DNA of 64,000 nt, from contig OZ287708.1 in the NCBI GenBank assembly GCA_965649825.1, positions 77,101 to 141,100 of the forward strand, in the 5' to 3' direction. Shown one piece after another: positions 62,518 to 64,000 of this stretch; within the stretch, counting starts at the first letter, position 1, and each line of letters opens with the position of its first letter. A program made the position numbers and the translations under genes. This DNA is from Penicillus capitatus (lineage: Eukaryota > Plantae > Chlorophyta). The notes below the pieces were generated by a model. It saw only the letters and a list, made by a program, of their open reading frames with translations, did not search any database and was not told the origin of the DNA.

Positions 62518-64000
62518 AATCTTCTTGATTTGGTTATCTTCGTGCATTGAGATCGCTGCTTTATTTCTTAGACAGGTTGCCTTCTCCTCTTGTACAGAAT
62601 GCACTGAAGTGTGGAAAGTGGTTTCTTGCAGACGAAGCGGTAGATATGTTATGCTCGAAAATAAACACGACAAAGCCCATTTGCGTCTTCTTTAGAGAGT
62701 TGTTTGTTTTCAAGATCCATTGAGTTTTTTTACATCATGTCTCGCTTATTGTACTGCAGGATATACCCAGAAGTGAAACACCTTTCGCCCGATTTAAGGC
62801 ATTAGCATTTTCAATCTTCTCTCCATTATGTGCAGAGAAGAGTAGTCAATGTAACCATTCCATTCAGTCCCCTCTGTATCGATGACCTTTCCGGGATTGC
62901 ATGAACTGTCGACTGTACAGACTAGCACAATCATTTATTTGAACGTTGAAAGTATCACTGATAATGAAACTCAGTGAAAGGATTTCAATCGATTAGACAA
63001 ATAAACGATTTTTGTGCTAATCATTATGATTCCTGTTTGCGCAATGAACGAGAACAGTTTGTGTCAGATCACTGGAAAATGCGCCAAATTGCAGATCGCT
63101 ACATTGTTAGGCTATTTGTGTTAAACGCTTATCAGTAGCACCATTGTATACTCGGTTGAGACGCTTCTTTTTTGCGCGCTGGGCGTGAGAGATGTAAAGA
63201 AAAATAAGTGAAGGACGTAAATGACGCAAAAGATGGGTTCAGATCCGAATGGACGGCGTTGTTGTTCAGGATTTTTTTGGTTTGGACTCACGTCTCCTGT
63301 CTGGGAACGACGCCCGTGGCAATGACGAGAAACATGCCAGCTGTTTTGCTCAGAAGTGGATCTCAGATTTTACACATGCTGTTTTGTGCGATTTAAATGC
63401 ACTCCACGCGTTCACGAAGCGTCGAGTTCCGCTGCGGCCTGAGTGAGCATTTTGGTAATCGGGTTAGGTAAGGCACCAACACAACTCAGCGTCGAAGGCG
63501 ACGCGATCAATAGCAGAAGAACATCTTCAACTCGGATGCAACTCAAAGACACGAGATAGTTACAAGAAGAATACCGTCCTTCAATATTCAGAATGGTTCA
63601 GGAATCGTGACTTTAAACACTTAGAGTCAAGAAACTTCACGAATTCATACGCGACTGCCCAATAGTTATAAGGGACTTGGGAGAAAGCTATCCATCAGCC
63701 GCTTTCAATGGTTTAGAGGAGCCTTAACTGTTAAAAATCCGTAACAATCGCTATATTTCGCAGTTGCGTCAGGTATACTAACCTCCTACAACACCTATCT
63801 GCCAGTTTTGATGGTTCACTTCATGTCTCGCAGAGGTAGACTTCGAAGAAGTAGAAATGCATTATCTGGTCTGCGAACTGGATGACGAATCAGACTGATA
63901 TGGTTGTCACTAGGACGTTCTAAAACATTCAGACGGAGGAGATCTAGCAAGTTTGATGGTACATAACCGTATTGCTATATGAACATTCGCTGTTTCGTTT

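Overview
Eukaryotic nuclear DNA from a gene-dense green alga. Evidence: plastid-targeted flavodiiron protein, GLDH, fibrillin and CBM20 genes, many ~45-60 nt GT-AG introns and the standard genetic code. A siphonous ulvophyte (Bryopsidales-like) is my guess, not demonstrated. The supplied ORFs are mostly exon fragments or antisense shadows, so I reassembled genes by eye; spans include introns and some starts are approximate. In order: a ~1.9 kb modular 25-28 bp minisatellite; decayed probable tyrosine-recombinase (DIRS/Ngaro-like) fragments; receptor kinase copy 1 (alpha2delta-like vWA + Cache + C-type lectin + TM + non-RD kinase); GLDH; an atypical MAPK-like kinase; an ECTFxP-repeat protein; RPL23A with an intronic box C/D snoRNA; UFD1; a conserved plant/algal hypothetical; a giant SFI1; FLVA; a CBM20 protein; HAS1/DDX18; a degenerate TTLL12; a multi-TM protein; a fibrillin-like protein; SGF11; an intronless membrane protein; an NLR-like SAM-MLKL(4HB)-STAND-TPR gene; receptor kinase copy 2. 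The best candidate for an undescribed system is a putative algal innate-immune module: a lipid-anchored NLR-like protein with an MLKL-type executioner domain, next to a vWA/Cache/lectin non-RD receptor kinase. That kinase's paralogue 53 kb away has a diverged ectodomain but a nearly identical, apparently gene-converted kinase tract. No CRISPR, tRNA or rRNA was found.
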